From Psammoneis japonica (Eukaryota), in the NCBI GenBank assembly GCA_008632985.1, contig QPGO01000187.1, forward strand, positions 1 to 64,000: a DNA stretch of 64,000 bases. The letters are read 5' to 3'. How positions within the stretch are numbered: the first letter of the stretch is position 1; every line of letters begins with the position of its first letter. Positions 26,719 to 39,794 of the stretch are shown in pieces. The translations under genes and the position numbers were made by a program. The notes under the pieces are model-generated. The model was given only the letters and a program-made list of their open reading frames with translations, was not told the DNA's origin and made no database searches.

Positions 26719-27170
26719 CCACCACCAGCAGATTTTTTTTTTTTTAAGAAGCACTGGACTCAGGCTTGTTGTTGTTGGTGGCAGCTTGGCCTGCTTCTTG
26801 GAAGAAGAACTTTGCAGCAACATGGCCGATGGATTTGTCAAATGGTCTTTGTCATTAGAAAACAGCTGCACACAGTCATCACTGGGGTGGCTCCAGCGTC
26901 CAAGTCTCTTCACAAGTTTGTCAGAAACAACACGCGGGACAATCTTAGGAAGCGATTTCGATGCTTGAGTGCCTCCATTGCGTTCAACGAACGGCACTTG
27001 TGCCATTGTCGTGGTGTTGTTCCATTGTGTGCTGAGCAGAGGCAGTGCCTCAGAATAATTTGTCGGAATGCAGAAAAGTTTTCAAGGTGCTGGAAATTTA
27101 AGAAGGTGCTGATAACATCCTTTCTTTTGAAGTGCTGATTTTTAAAGGTGCCAAGTGCAAATTTATGCAC
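22500..27170. repeat. TpA/CpG-depleted decayed repeat domain, element family not recognised; includes a (CAG)n tract at ~26685-26730
   Basis: Near absence of TA and CG. Only Tyr-free, Cys/His-rich short ORFs. Confidence 0.8.
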
Positions 27171-27397
27171 AGGGCCCTCTACCTCTACCGTAGAGTACCG
27201 GTAGACTGAGAGGAGTAAGGTAGAAGATAAAGATATCATAGCGTATAGATAGTCGTAGCATGTAATTGTAAACACAAATCGTTCATGATCGCAAGATCTT
27301 TAAAAGTCATTTGAAGAATGCATGGAACGAAAAGGCTAAAGTGACAAGAAGGAAGCGTGCTATCTGTTTGGACTGCAGTCTCGACTGGTTGGGTCGA

Positions 27398-28776
27398 TCA
27401 GTCCTTCTTTCTACTACCGGTACCCGTACCGGCATCCACGGCTGCTCGTTTCGTTGGCGGACAAAGGGAAGCAAGTTGTCGTTGAAGTTCCACAATACCC
27501 CCACCAAACGAGGGAGACTTGCTTTTCGTTCTGCCACTACTTTTACAACCACTCGTGAATCCAGCGTCTCTAGAGCTTGTCAATGCGACAGGCAGCATTC
27601 CCTTTGGTTCACGTTGGAGGCAGTCCAAAAATTGTTCCTTGACAGACACCATTCTCGCTGCAAGTTGCTCTTGTGAGACTAAATCACATTTGGTCAATAC
27701 AATTTGAATCGGAGGAAGAGTGAGCTGTTTCGGTTCCTGCGACGACAAGTAGTAATCGGATTCAAGTTTGGACCAAAAGTCCGCATCCGCTTTCTTGATC
27801 CCATGGCGTGCGTCCACCAATAGCAAAATTCGTTTCAACTCTTTTCCGCGTTGTAAAAAGTAATGCTGTACCAAATCGTGTTGCCATTCGGACGCCTTTT
27901 CGGGTGATGTAGCAAACGCAAATCCATAACCGGGCAAGTCCACAATCATGAGCGCACATCTGTAGTTGTTTTGCTGTTTGTCCACCATTTTGGAAGTAAT
28001 CTGGTACCACGTGATTTGTTTTGTTTCACCAGGTCGATCCGAGGTTGTTGCCTTTATCCCTCTTGGAAGTGGCACATTGTTGTTGTTGGTCCGTCGTTGA
28101 CTACCTTCCTTCTTTATTTTGAGTCTGTCTTTCAACTCTGCACCATACACGAGAGCGTTCAAAAGCGTTGATTTCCCTACATTTGATCTACCAATCAAAG
28201 CCTAGAGATATATTGGAGTACACATCAACATTGTAGTTGAGACGGAGGATCTGGATCAACAAAAGCAAGAAGAACACAAGCATGATTGCCTTACCACTTC
28301 TGGTAGTCCAGCGGTGCTTTTTGGAAAGCGATCCATGGTGGACCCCGCAACAGAAAGCACCTTTACCGTCTTGTCTGTCACTCGATACTTTCTATTATCA
28401 TTCTTGTTGTCTTGGGAAGGCAAAGAGTGTGAGCGTGTTTTCATTTCATGTAATGATGTGGAGACACCTTTTTCACACAGATAACATTTATCTTACCATT
28501 TGGTTTCGATCTTGTAGCAAAGGGTGGGGGTGGAGGTACATCATATCTCGCCTGTAATGGCTCATTCAGTCGTTTCTGCCTACCTTTTTTCCGCTTACGA
28601 ATACCCATTCCAAGTGATTCAACATGTGAAAGCGCTCGAGGATCCACTCTGTCAATTGATTTCTTGCTCAAGTTCCTGACGGCATTGATAGCTCCAAGGG
28701 ATGAACAGCGTGGTCTTTGGGTATTCAATTGGCATGTCAAGTTAGATATAACATGCAGCATTGTTCTTCTGTGCAT
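27398..28776 (-). CDS. engB: EngB/YihA/YsxC ribosome-biogenesis GTPase, probably organelle-targeted, with two introns
   Basis: LPEV..IGRSNVGKSTLLNAL (G1), PGETK (G2), VDLPGYGFA (G3), LVDARHG and VLTKCD (G4). GT-AG intron 28202-28294 and a second donor at 28496. Confidence 0.88.
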
Positions 28777-29409
28777 CTTCTTCTGAGTCTCCGACACAAC
28801 AACAGCAAATAATGACAATACAGTGATCGTGAACGAAAAGGAAATGTTTTCTTCCCTTGTAAGGAAGCGTGCGTCGAACTGCCTACACTTGCACCGGTAG
28901 TTAGTGCGTTAAAGTAGTAGACTATCGACGACGCATCACGTTTTCAGGGGGTCTTGAGTCGACATGGTGGGCTTGCGGGGCGGGCGGGCATCCGCAGTCC
29001 GCAGGCATCAGCAGGCAGCAGGCAACACTAGAGTGTTCTTACCGACCCGTACGGGACCCTTTTTTCCGGGTCTCTTTTTGTATGACGTCATCGTGCGAAT
29101 ATAATAGCGCCACCTGACGTCACCGCACCTGTAAGTCGCCATGAGAACCCGTAGAAAACGCCATGTCTTACAGCTACAGGGGGGAAACATAACCTGCTGT
29201 ATCTGTAAGCGGAATGATTTCCGCTCGTACAAATTCTACGTGATTTCCCCGTGCACCGTCGCTTGCGGGTCGAATCATCAGAACTCCGAAGAAATGATGT
29301 GTGAGAAGCAAATCCCGTGACACCTCTCTCGCGACAAAAAACACACATCAACGCATTCTCACGATACTCTAGTCATAACAAGCCATAGCATCCATACAAC
29401 ACATCTGTC

Positions 29410-30461
29410 ATGCCTGGTGGACAGCCACAGAGTCACAAGTTGTCATGGGCATTGAAAGAGTTGAAAAAGAAGGAGAGATCTGGTGGCTCCGGTGGCGCTG
29501 ACGGGGAAAAAAATGCGAGCGGTGCTGGTGGCATTTCTGCGCTCGATGTTGACAGGCCAGCCCCGCATTTGACCATGGATGGAAAAGAATCAACTCTTGT
29601 GGAAATAACAAATCTCCCAATCGATCTTACGGAGGATGAAAAAGTTGACATCATCAACAAGGAGAAGGGAGTCACGAAAAAGCCGAAGCTTCCAAACTTG
29701 CTGGCTCCTGAGAACGAGGCCTTGTTGCGTGATCTGCTGCAAATCATTCAAGCAGCAAAGGCAAATCGGTGTGTCAAGCACATGTCCAAAAATGCAACCA
29801 TATCTTCAATCTGGCAGCCAATCATGGACGAGTTCTATGACCCACCTGACGGCCCTGCACGTGGCTGCGCCAAGCCAGATGGTGAGCATGCGGCGCGCAC
29901 CTTCAAAGAAAAGTGCTGGAGTGTCATGAAATCATTGGCGAATTTTGCCAAACAGAAGAAGGAAGAGGATTGCTCCCCGTGTGAGGTGTCTGCATTGTTC
30001 ATGTGGAACGAGCAGCAGGAACAGTCAACAAAGACAAAGAGACCAAGTCGGAAGCAATGGCCTTGCAGAAGGAGAGGGCAGCTGCAAATGCTTCATGTGA
30101 AGCAAAACCAAAGCTTGAGCCCCCACCTCCATTCACAAAGAAGCGCCCAGTCCCAAGTGTAGCTGTCAATCCATCTGAGAGGCCTGATGGTGCCGGGGGA
30201 GCCGAGGTCAAAGGACCGTGTGCTGGATTTGGAAAAAACTCAAGACAAGGCAGACGAAGTCTTGAGTGGCATTGAAGCTTTTTTCCATCCAAGGAAGAGA
30301 TTGGAGAACTCAACAAGCGCAAGAAGAGGAAGCTTCAGCTTGATACAATGGCGTCTGTGGCAACAATGATCACGCAGGGCAGGGATGCGGGTCTCGACGT
30401 TTCAAGGTTTGAAAAGCATTTCAAGCACCTGCAAGACGAGTTCTTCGAAGACCAAGCTTGA
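29410..30461 (+). pseudogene. Harbinger accessory ORF (possibly Myb/SANT-like DNA-binding), frameshifted
   Basis: Long charged ORF inside the TIRs with IWQPIMDEFY, convergent with the transposase. Tyr-depleted. Domain call is an inference from the element architecture. Confidence 0.5.
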
Positions 30462-30573
30462 AAGAGATGAGGCTTTGCTTAGCACAAATTAGGATACATG
30501 TTACATGTCGCCACAACAACTTCAGAGCCATTTAGAAAAAAATCTATGGCCTCTCACAGTGCATGCTAAGCAT

Positions 30574-31665
30574 GACGACCCCGCAAAGTTGCGCGCCAAA
30601 TTCCTAGTGCGTTAAAATGAGCTAGGCGTTGCTCCAGAAGCAGTGGGAATTTTGCAACAATAAACAGTGTTAACGTCATCTAAAGAACGAGAGCTTTCTA
30701 AATGGTGTCTTTTTTATTTCTGTGCCCCTATCAGATCCGAATCGGCGTCGAGATATCCAGACGACCCCGCAGTTGCGCGCCAAAATCCTGGTGCGTTTTG
30801 CTTAAATGGGCGTGGCTTTAAAAGTACTTAGAATTATGGGACAATCAATGGCAGTAACATTATCTACAGAACAAGAGCTTTCTAATGGTGTCTTTTTTAT
30901 TTCTATACCCCTATCAGATCCGAATCAGCGTTGAGATATCCAGACGACCCCGCAGTTGTGCGCCAAAATCCTGGTGCGTTTTGCTTAAATAGGCGTGGCT
31001 TTAGAAGTACTTAGAATTATGGGACAATCAACGGCAGTAACATTATTTACAGAACGAGAGCTTTCTAATGGTGTCTTTTTTATTTCTATACCCCTGTCAG
31101 ATCCGAATCAGCGTTGAGATATCCAGACGACCCCGCAGTTGCTCGCCAAAATCCTGGTACGTTTTGCTGAAATAGGCGTGGCTTTAGAAGTACTTAGAAT
31201 TATGGGACAATCAATGGCAGTAACATTTTCTACAGAACAAGAGCTTTCTAATGGTGTCTTTTTTATTTCTATACCCCTATCAGATCCGAATCAGCGTTGA
31301 GATATCCAGACGACCCCGCAGTTGCGCGCCAAAATCCTGGTACGTTTTGCTTAAATAGGCGTGGCTTTAGAAGTACTTAGAATTATGGGACAATCAATGG
31401 CAGTAACATTATCTACAGAACGAGAGCTTTCTAATGGTGTCTTTTTTATTTCTATACCCCTATCAGATCCGAATCAGCGTTGAGATATCCAGACGACCCC
31501 GCAGTTGCTCGCCAAAATCCTGGTACGTTTTGCTGAAATAGGCGTGGCTTTAGAAGTACTTAGAATTATGGGACAATCAATGGCAGTAACATTTTCTACA
31601 GAACAAGAGCTTTCTAATGGTGTCTTTTTTATTTCTATACCCCAATCAGATCCGAATCGGCGTCG
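30574..31665. repeat. Tandem array of ~6 x 183 bp inside the Harbinger element
   Basis: GACGACCCCGCA recurs at 30574, 30760, 30943, 31126, 31309 and 31492. Units are nearly identical. Confidence 0.95.
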
Positions 31666-31758
31666 TTCAGGAAATAGAAGCGCTAAGAGTTTCGCAACAA
31701 TGTATGACATAAAGATAAAAGAAGCTACATTCTATGCTGAGTTTGTAATAACACAGAT

Positions 31759-33395
31759 CTAATGTAAATTTAAGTAGTTTTGAATTGATGGTGGATCGAC
31801 ACCAAATGTGCCGATCGCACCAATCTGGTTATGGTTGAAGCACGTGTAACAATTTGTGAGCAAGAAAGACACGCGAAGCTGCTCACAAGCATACGGTGTT
31901 TCACAGCATAGCTTGAAAGGACAAAACGTCCTACAAATTCGAAAGACATTGGATACAATACCATAGCTCCACTCTACCGTGATGCGCACTACCTTGAGCC
32001 GATAATTTTCGAGCACCTGAATGGGCGTGAGTGGAGCTAGCCCGTTGTGGCCGGGGCGATGCGCATGAATGACGCATTGTTGTTGAGCAAATCCCCGGTC
32101 CGCACACACAGCACACACCATGCCATTTGGAAAGTAGCCTTGCTGAATGTCCAGCAAGTGTTGGTTCACGGCTGACAAGTGCTGCAAATCGGTGTCAGCT
32201 CTGGCAAACTCGAATGACACAAAGAGCAATGAGAGTGTGATGAGCAGCCACGTTTTGCAGGAAATGCAAAGCACATCGGCAATGCACGACTGTGTGCTTG
32301 CCTGCGAGCTGAAGTGGGACCCCACATGATGCTCAAGCCATTTGGAAAAGTTGTTGTGAGTGTCTTTATGCCGTGAATGTGCTTGCACCCCGTGTGCACC
32401 GATCGCTGAATGTTGTCTGCGTCAGGGCGACGCGGTGCATCCACCCAGTCCTCAACTGGCCCTGTCCCTGGAGCATTTGTTTCAAACATTGAACAATCCA
32501 CAAAGCCAAAAATGTTGAATTCCCCTGGTGGACAAACAAGACCGGGGACGTTGTGCACTTGAGCAGTGTCCGGGTCAGTCCAAGTGGCCTGTTGCTTCAG
32601 TTTTCGCTCTGTTGCTCTTGCAAACAAGGGAAAGTCATCAATCCACCTTTCAAGACCTTGTTGCCCAAGCATGGGAGCATGTCCATCATCAAGACACATC
32701 AAAAACCACCGGCATCCATGTGACCACCGAGTCAAATCCCTGCCTCCAAAGTGCTCATCCACCAACACGGTGTTGTCGAGTCCAAGTGCCACCTCAGTCA
32801 AGGAAAACAAAAACAATTCCTCACCAGTGAATTGGCAATGATGCCCATGAGCACATGGCACAAGAACCAAATCGGGCAGGTCAAACAAAACATGCAATTG
32901 TCGCAACTGATCCACATCAAATCGTGTCGTCCGCTCGGCGTAGTTGTCAGAGCATTCATCAATTCGTCGGTTGTGAGGCAAGACAAAATCAGCAGCACGA
33001 TGCTCTTCCTCGCATGTCATGTCACCAATTGCTGCATTGCAATCTGCCCAAATGTGAGCCACATGATGACATGCAAAAATGCCACCCAATGTGCACGCAA
33101 GAGCAATGCCAAACGGATCGTCCGCATTGCCAACTTGTTCTGGATCCAACAAACAACCATTGTCCTGGTTGAAAACATCAATTCTGGGCACAATTGAAAG
33201 TGGAGTGAGAGTTGCAGACCATTGAACAAGTGATTGAACAGAACGCGTCCAGAACACCTCTGTTCTCCTTAGCGCTGACACTCCTCGAGCATTGAGAGAC
33301 CTGTCCCTCATGTTTCTGTTGGTGAGCCGCCGTGGCAATTTGCGGCGGTGTCCATGGTGAAGTGGACGTGGTTGTCTTGGCATGATGTGCATCAA
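31759..33395 (-). pseudogene. Harbinger (DDE_Tnp_4) transposase, mutated and frameshifted
   Basis: IFGFVDC (D1), GCKHIHGIK (ancestral GYK), CADRGF (D2; ancestral YAD) and RITVEWSYG (E). Two overlapping frames. Confidence 0.85.
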
Positions 33396-33909
33396 GAGTG
33401 CAACAATGATGCGACTGCAAAAGTGTTTCTTTACCTTGGTGGATGAGAACCCGCAACCCCATCGTCAAAGCATCAAAGCCGCACCCGCACAGGTTGAGCT
33501 GATCGGCTGCAGCACCGGGCAGGCGAATCATGATTGAGTCGAGTGGTGAAACACGAACGGATCAGAACCCGAGACCCATGACCCATGCGGGTCGGCAAGA
33601 ACACTCCACTTTTACGGCCCGCAGCTGAGCATCCTGGGGGGCGTCTTTGGAAGTGAGATCGTCGAAGGCGGTCTGATCGCCAGTGCGTTTGGGGTTTTTT
33701 CCAGTGCAATTTGTACGCACAAGAAAACACGCACCGCAGGATCTGTCCAGAGGTCCCAAACACCCAATCGCACTGATTGACAGACTGTTTTAGCACAAAT
33801 TCTACGCAACTTTCTTCGACAGTCTCACTTCCAAAGACGTCCCCCAGTCCGGAATCAGGAATTTGAGAAATTCCGCGGACGTAACGGACCAGATTCCGAT
33901 GGGACACTA

Positions 33910-35250
33910 GAATGCACAAATTGCATTGTGGCATCTGTGGGCACCTGTTGCGTGCTGTGAGAACAAAGTTGTTGAGAGCCTGAAGGCAACAAACCACAGC
34001 CACCACAGAAACCAGACCCAGGACAAGTGCAGCAGCAAGTGGCACAGGAAACCCCAGAAGACTTCCTTTTGGCAGCGCTGGTTTGTCAACTCAACACTGG
34101 CTCCCAAAAAGAGTCACAAGCACTGTGTTTGGTGCACTTGGTGCCAACCTCCATTTGGCCATTTGAAGCAGGAAGCCTGCATTGTGAGAGAGGCAGGGAA
34201 GGTGGGTTGGGTGCCACAGGCCGAGGTGGTTGCCAAGGCAGAGGTGACAGAGGCCAAAAGTCTTGCTGCAACAAGAACAAGAAGACCAACCCCAAGAAAA
34301 GCTTCAAGCCAGAAATGAAGTTTCACCCATCACCAAGGAAAAGATCACTGGCCATGCACAGAAAGAGCACGATCAAGGCATCTGCCTGGCAAAGTCCTCA
34401 GAGGACATGACCTGTGTGGACTTTTTGACAAAGAGAGTCCCACACCAGAGATGGCAACAACAGCAGTGCCAGCACCAAGCAGCACAGATTGCCAGACACA
34501 GGTCAAAGAGAGAGCTTGAGAAAAAAAACTCACGTGGATTGCACAAAAATGTCCAACAACAGCAGCGCAGCAAAGCCAGCTGCACTTTGCTTGAAAGAGT
34601 TTCACACACTTGCATCATCTTGTCCAATGATGCTGTGCAAGCCTTTCTCAAGCTCAGCTGCTGTGCAGTCTTTTGCAAAATGATTTTGGCACGTTTTGGT
34701 TTGGCAATCAAACCCATTGGATGTGTTGCAGGAAGAGCTTCTTTCAAAGGAAAAGACATGGTGGGAATGCAAGATCATTTGGTGCATCACACGACATGCT
34801 CTTGTTTGCTTTGGGTCAAACCCACCATCGCATTGTTCACTTTGCTGCAAGAACAGAGTCAACCAACTCAAACGAAATGCTTCCAACGTGGCCAACCTGC
34901 TTTTCATGTGGCTGTTTTGAAGCTGAAAAGAGTGCCACAAATGTCCATTCATTTCCACCCAACTGTCCCCACTTTCCCAATGGCCAAGTCTTTTTTGAGA
35001 AATCCAATGCTGTCCAATGACATGGTGCAAAGATTGCTCACAACAGCTTCGTGCTTGGCTGTGAAAACAAGTGCAAGAGATGTGTCACTCCAACATGAGA
35101 CTTTTGTGGCATCCTTCGAAAGAGTTGTGGGCTTTGAATTGCACATGCTGATGAGAGTGTAGTTCCACAGTTGTTGGTTCTCTTGGATGCCATTTCAGTT
35201 GGCAACTGCCTCTGCTCGATGAGAATCGATTGGCGCTCTGTTGGTGTTTG
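33910..35250 (+). repeat. TpA-depleted decayed repeat, possibly including a Copia gag 5' remnant
   Basis: TA nearly absent. RGGCQGRGDRG...KKSFKPEMKFHP is reminiscent of diatom Copia gag N-termini (weak). Confidence 0.45.
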
Positions 35251-35346
35251 AAACACGAGCTTACGTCACAATCAATCACGAGTTGGTGGCAGTTACAGTC
35301 GACTACTTCGACTCGATACGGCACTTTTTATTGTAGCCCTACGGTA

Positions 35347-35662
35347 CCGTGATTATCATAGAAAATCTGTGCCACAGATTTTGGTTCAAAATTAGTACAG
35401 ATTTTCAAGGATTCCGGAGAAATAGATACAGATCCTCAAAAAGTATAGATTTGCACTGATTCTGCTAAAACTGGATTTGGGTTTTCTCAGATTTGAAGAA
35501 CCCCTTCCCAGTTAGGCCTGGCGCGTTCTACGTAGATCCTACGTACATTTGCGCTGGGGTACAGATTCCAGATTTCCGTTCAGAATAGGTACAGATTTTC
35601 TAAAGCCCTGAAAAATAGGTACAGATTCTGATTTTGGCACAGATTTTCTATGATAATCACGG
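35347..35662. mobile_element. 316-bp Tc1/mariner/pogo-type MITE
   Basis: Perfect 27-bp TIR CCGTGATTATCATAGAAAATCTGTGCC flanked by TA on both sides. Internal ACAGATT repeats. Confidence 0.88.
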
Positions 35663-35803
35663 TACATAGTCCCTGTGACAAAAAAATGCCGGAATGAAGC
35701 CGGAAGAACCACACGCACAAAAACGCAGTTTCCTGTTATTTTGTCGTTGTCAAAGATCAAGTTAAGCAATAATACACCTCCCACAGTATAGGACGATGAT
35801 TCA

Positions 35804-38800
35804 ATGAGCGACCCAGATTCGAGAGACGTCGTCTTGTTTGCGCTGTCAAGGGCTCGGCTCATTAATTTTGTAGACGGCAAATCAACCATCGAGTGCCACG
35901 ACGGCGGGGATCATCCTTCAACAGCAGCTGTTGTTCTCGACGAATGCGTCGGCGGAGGGGTGGCCAACGTTGATGCCTTTGTACGTGGCTACAGCAGCGT
36001 TGAAGAAGGGGCCAACTATGTCGTTCTACCCGATCTCGATAGAAGGTCTGTATTCACCGAACTCCATCCTGACGGCTTGGCCGCGGCGAGAAAAATTCTC
36101 AAGGACGTTTTGGGGTGGAAATTCTATACAGCTCATCCCAGCTTTCTTACTACTGCCAACCAAGAGGATGTGCGCACCCTTAAAGATCATTCCTTTCCTT
36201 TTTTATTGTCGGATGTCAGCGTCCCACCATCAAATTCCTTCTCGCCCTACGTCAGAAACATTTATTTTGATGAGAGCACGGGCCTTGCAATCATGTGTGC
36301 CATTAGTTTAAGGGGAGATTCCTTTCACCTTCCGCTGGTGGACACTTTGCGGGGTCTCACACAATACATTGCAAAGGTGAACCGGGAAAATGGTTGTTAT
36401 TCTAATAATGGAAACGATGATGGCAGTGTGAATGGTGGTGACGGCAATCCTCCGGGATGCTGGATTCCCGTTATTGTTGTCTTTTCCACTGATCGAACTG
36501 GCTTTGCGGAATACTTTCAAGCCATTACATCCTCTGATAATCCGGACGATATACCCGCGCTAATGGTAGATGGCATGGGTACGATGAAGAATTGTATTCC
36601 ACCCCACCCGGGTCTTGAACAATAACACCTGGGTCGTCAGTGGCCGCTTTGTAGACACCACCATGTACCAACATTTGAAACTGACTCGATCCAACAATGG
36701 TGAAGATCGGCTAAGCTTGTCCGGTGTTGAGCTTGTTGAACGTTCACTGGAAAGTCTTCCGGAAGCATGGAAGGATGAAACGTATCGGCAGCATGTACAA
36801 GTTATAGGAGACATGGTCGATGAGGCTATTGCCAACGACAGTGTCATTGGTTACACCGGTGCCGTGCCGGAGGTTGGTACTGCTTGTCGGAATGGGGAAT
36901 GCCCTACGGGGAATCTCGTGACTGATGCATTTCGATGGAAGGCAGAGGCACATGTTGGCTTTATGAGATCAGACAAGCTTGGCTTGCATGCTGGTTGGGA
37001 GGCTGGACCGGTGACGACGCTTGATGTCTGGAAAGCCTACCCATCCGCCGACAATCTATGTCAAGGAGTCATGAGCGGCGTTTCTCTTTTCAAGTTAATG
37101 GAATACTCAACACGCGTTGCGGAATTCCAAGGCGACAAGGGAAGCCGATTGTTGCAGGTGTCGGGCATGCGGGTCATCTACAATGCAAACCTTCCAAACG
37201 GCGAATCGCGCCTCATGGACTTGGACATTTGGAATGAGACTCTTGGCGAATATGAACCCGTGCAGCGTTTGAGCCTGTACCGATTTGCTGCCCCCAGTCG
37301 AGATTGCACGATGAAAGACCCCTTCCCAGCGCTTACCGGTGGCGACTTTGTCATGGATGGGGAAATTCCCGGCAGCAGTGGTGACGAGTCTGTACTAAGC
37401 GTTGTCGTTGAGTTTTTGGCGACCAACCACAATGGTGGTACCGCTCCGTACGACACCAGCCTTCAGGGTCGCCTCGTGAACGACACTTTGTTTACTGCAG
37501 AGGACACTCTAAATCTTGTCGAGACACCAGATAGCTGCAATGCGACGTCATTTTTCGAGGACTCGATACAAAGCTGTAGTCTCTGCCCAACGACGAACAA
37601 TGTGGTGTGGGTTGGTTCCTCCGCTAAGTTTTATGGCGAAACAAAGTCCGCCCGTGTGGAAACAAAGACGGCAGCGTTGGTGAATGGCGTTACTTTCCCT
37701 GTCAATGTCGGTCCGAGGAGCCTTCCGTCGTTTTTGAATATAACACAGGCCACATTGGATGGAGAGGAACTCGGTAATGTCTTTGCTGTACAAGACACTC
37801 TACTGCTCCCAAGTCTGGCAAGACTTACCATCACCTACGAAGTGTCGGCCAAGGATCTTGAGCCTGGCACTGTCAAGGAGCGCGTCGCTTTTGGCATTTT
37901 TGACGGAGGCACGTTCGTAGGCTGCGAAGGAGCGGATGCTTCTTTTGACGTGGTCATGTATGTGGATCCTCAACCCGAGATGAACTACCTGGGAAACGCT
38001 CGATACGCGGGTTGGGCGCTGGCAGGTATTGTGCTCTTATCAGTGACCTTCTTGGTCACTTGGGTCAAACGCAATGACTACATTCCGGTCGTGCGAAAGA
38101 TGCAGCCTCACTTTCTGTATGCCCTTTGTGTTGGAATCGGAATCATTTCCTGCTCGTTGATTACTCTAAGTTTTGACGATCAAATCGTGCCAACGGACGT
38201 TTGCAGCGGCATGTGCATGGCAACAGCTTGGCTGTCGAGCTTGGGATTCACAATGTCGTCCGCAGCTCTCTTTTCCAAGCTCTTGCGAATCAACAAGTTG
38301 CTGAACGCGGGGAGTTACGTGCGGCGAACGGTCAAAGTGAAGCATGTGATTTTGCCGGGGTCAATCATGCTTTGCGTCAATATCGTTGTTCTCTTGCTGT
38401 GGACTACTATTGATCCACTGACGTGGCAACGTCGTTCTCTCGAAGGTGAAAGGTGGAACACATATGGGACATGTAGAAGCAGCGGTACTGCTGGGAAAGT
38501 GTTTTTCGGTCTGACCATTGCAGTCAACGCCGTAGCTTTCCTAGCTGCTGTCTGGCAGGCGTTCAAGGCTCGACACCTTCCCAGTGAATTCAGCGTAAGC
38601 AAGTATGTCGGCATTGCCGTCTTTAGCTGGTTGGAGCTCCTACTGGTCGGTGTACCGGTCCTCTTCTTGATCGATGATGACAACACCCTTGCCAGATACA
38701 TTCTTCGCGTGGCGGTGGTCTTTGTGGTTTGCGCCAGCATGCTTTGCTTAATTTTTGTCCCCATTATTTGGAGTGTTCGGAAGTACTTGGTCGAAGGCGA

Positions 38801-39305
38801 CAGTGACGACGCAGTGTCCCGTTCTTCTTTAAGCCGTTCCCCCTTTGCAAGCCATCACCGCATTTATATTTCCGGTTTGAGGGAGAGCGCTGCAGACGAA
38901 AGAAGTTGCACAGATTTTGCGGCGGATATAGACAAAGAGAAACCAAGTCGTCAGGACGCGGAAGGCACTAGCAGCAGCCATTATGTGCCGAGGGCCAGTT
39001 TTCCTATCAGCAGCAGCTCTGTCTCATCTCATTCCGACACACCGAACCCTTTTCCTGAAGCAGCATCTGAGGTGACTGCGGGCGAATCTAAAAGATCTGG
39101 CGATGAGATGAAGACGGATTCTCCTCCAACTTGCGCAGCTTCGTCTCCTCCTACAATAGCGGTGAACAATGTGGATATTGAGAGCAGCAGTGCAGCCAAT
39201 TCCGAAAGAATTATGTCTGAGGTCCATCTAGAGAGCAACGATGCAGACCATTCCGATGCAGTGTTGTCCGAGACAGATCTAGAGAGCAACAGTGCAAACG
39301 ATTGA
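35804..39305 (+). CDS. Class C (GABA-B-like, 7tm_3) GPCR with 5'-nucleotidase-like ectodomain; frameshift near 36580-36605
   Basis: CRNGECPTGNLVTDAFRW...YPSADNL...GVSLFKLMEYS...LLQVSGMRVIYN matches the 5'-nucleotidase C domain. Seven hydrophobic segments with VVRKMQPHFL, ALFSKLLRI, DPLTWQR, ARHLPSEFS and IFVP. Confidence 0.85.
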
Positions 39306-39794
39306 CAAGCGGTGGTTCCTTGTTTCTCTACCTGGTAGTTGGCTGTGACGAACGCTCGGCCGATTTTGTGCTACTGTCCGTTTGATCGAACGCTCGATGG
39401 AATGCATACGGATGGATTGAGGAGTGCAACGATTGGAAGAATGCATTTCAGAACCGCCCGTCGCCGTCATGGTCGTCGCTTTTGAAAAGGCGATGGATCT
39501 TTGACACATGTTAACAATGTAGTAGTTCTAAATGCTGCTTCCATTGGATTCTCGCTACCTATTGTCGAGGCGGGAACATTCATCACCTGATGACTTTGCT
39601 GCAGAGCTTGCGCATGGAGCTAAATGCATGGTGTGTGAAAGTAGGAGCACCAGATCGCAAGTCGGGTGTTGCACCGGGGCGCGACAGAAATCGACAGTGG
39701 GATGTGTTCATGTATTTTTTTATTATGAAGAAAGCACGACTAAAGCGAATGAAGGCATGTGATGCTACCATAACCATACTCTGTCCTTGAATGA

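Larger units (their letters stand above)
29030..33607. mobile_element. Full-length PIF/Harbinger-superfamily DNA transposon with two convergent ORFs
   Basis: 26-bp TIRs (29030-29055 AGAGTGTTCTTACCGACCCGTACGGG; 33582-33607, 4 mismatches), 3-bp TSD ACT on both sides, a DDE_Tnp_4-like transposase on - and a second ORF on +. Confidence 0.85.

Noticed and set aside
30574..31665. 183-bp array as a CRISPR array or coding repeat
   Set aside because: No unique spacers and no cas genes. Although 183 is divisible by 3, the ORF track shows no frame spanning the units.
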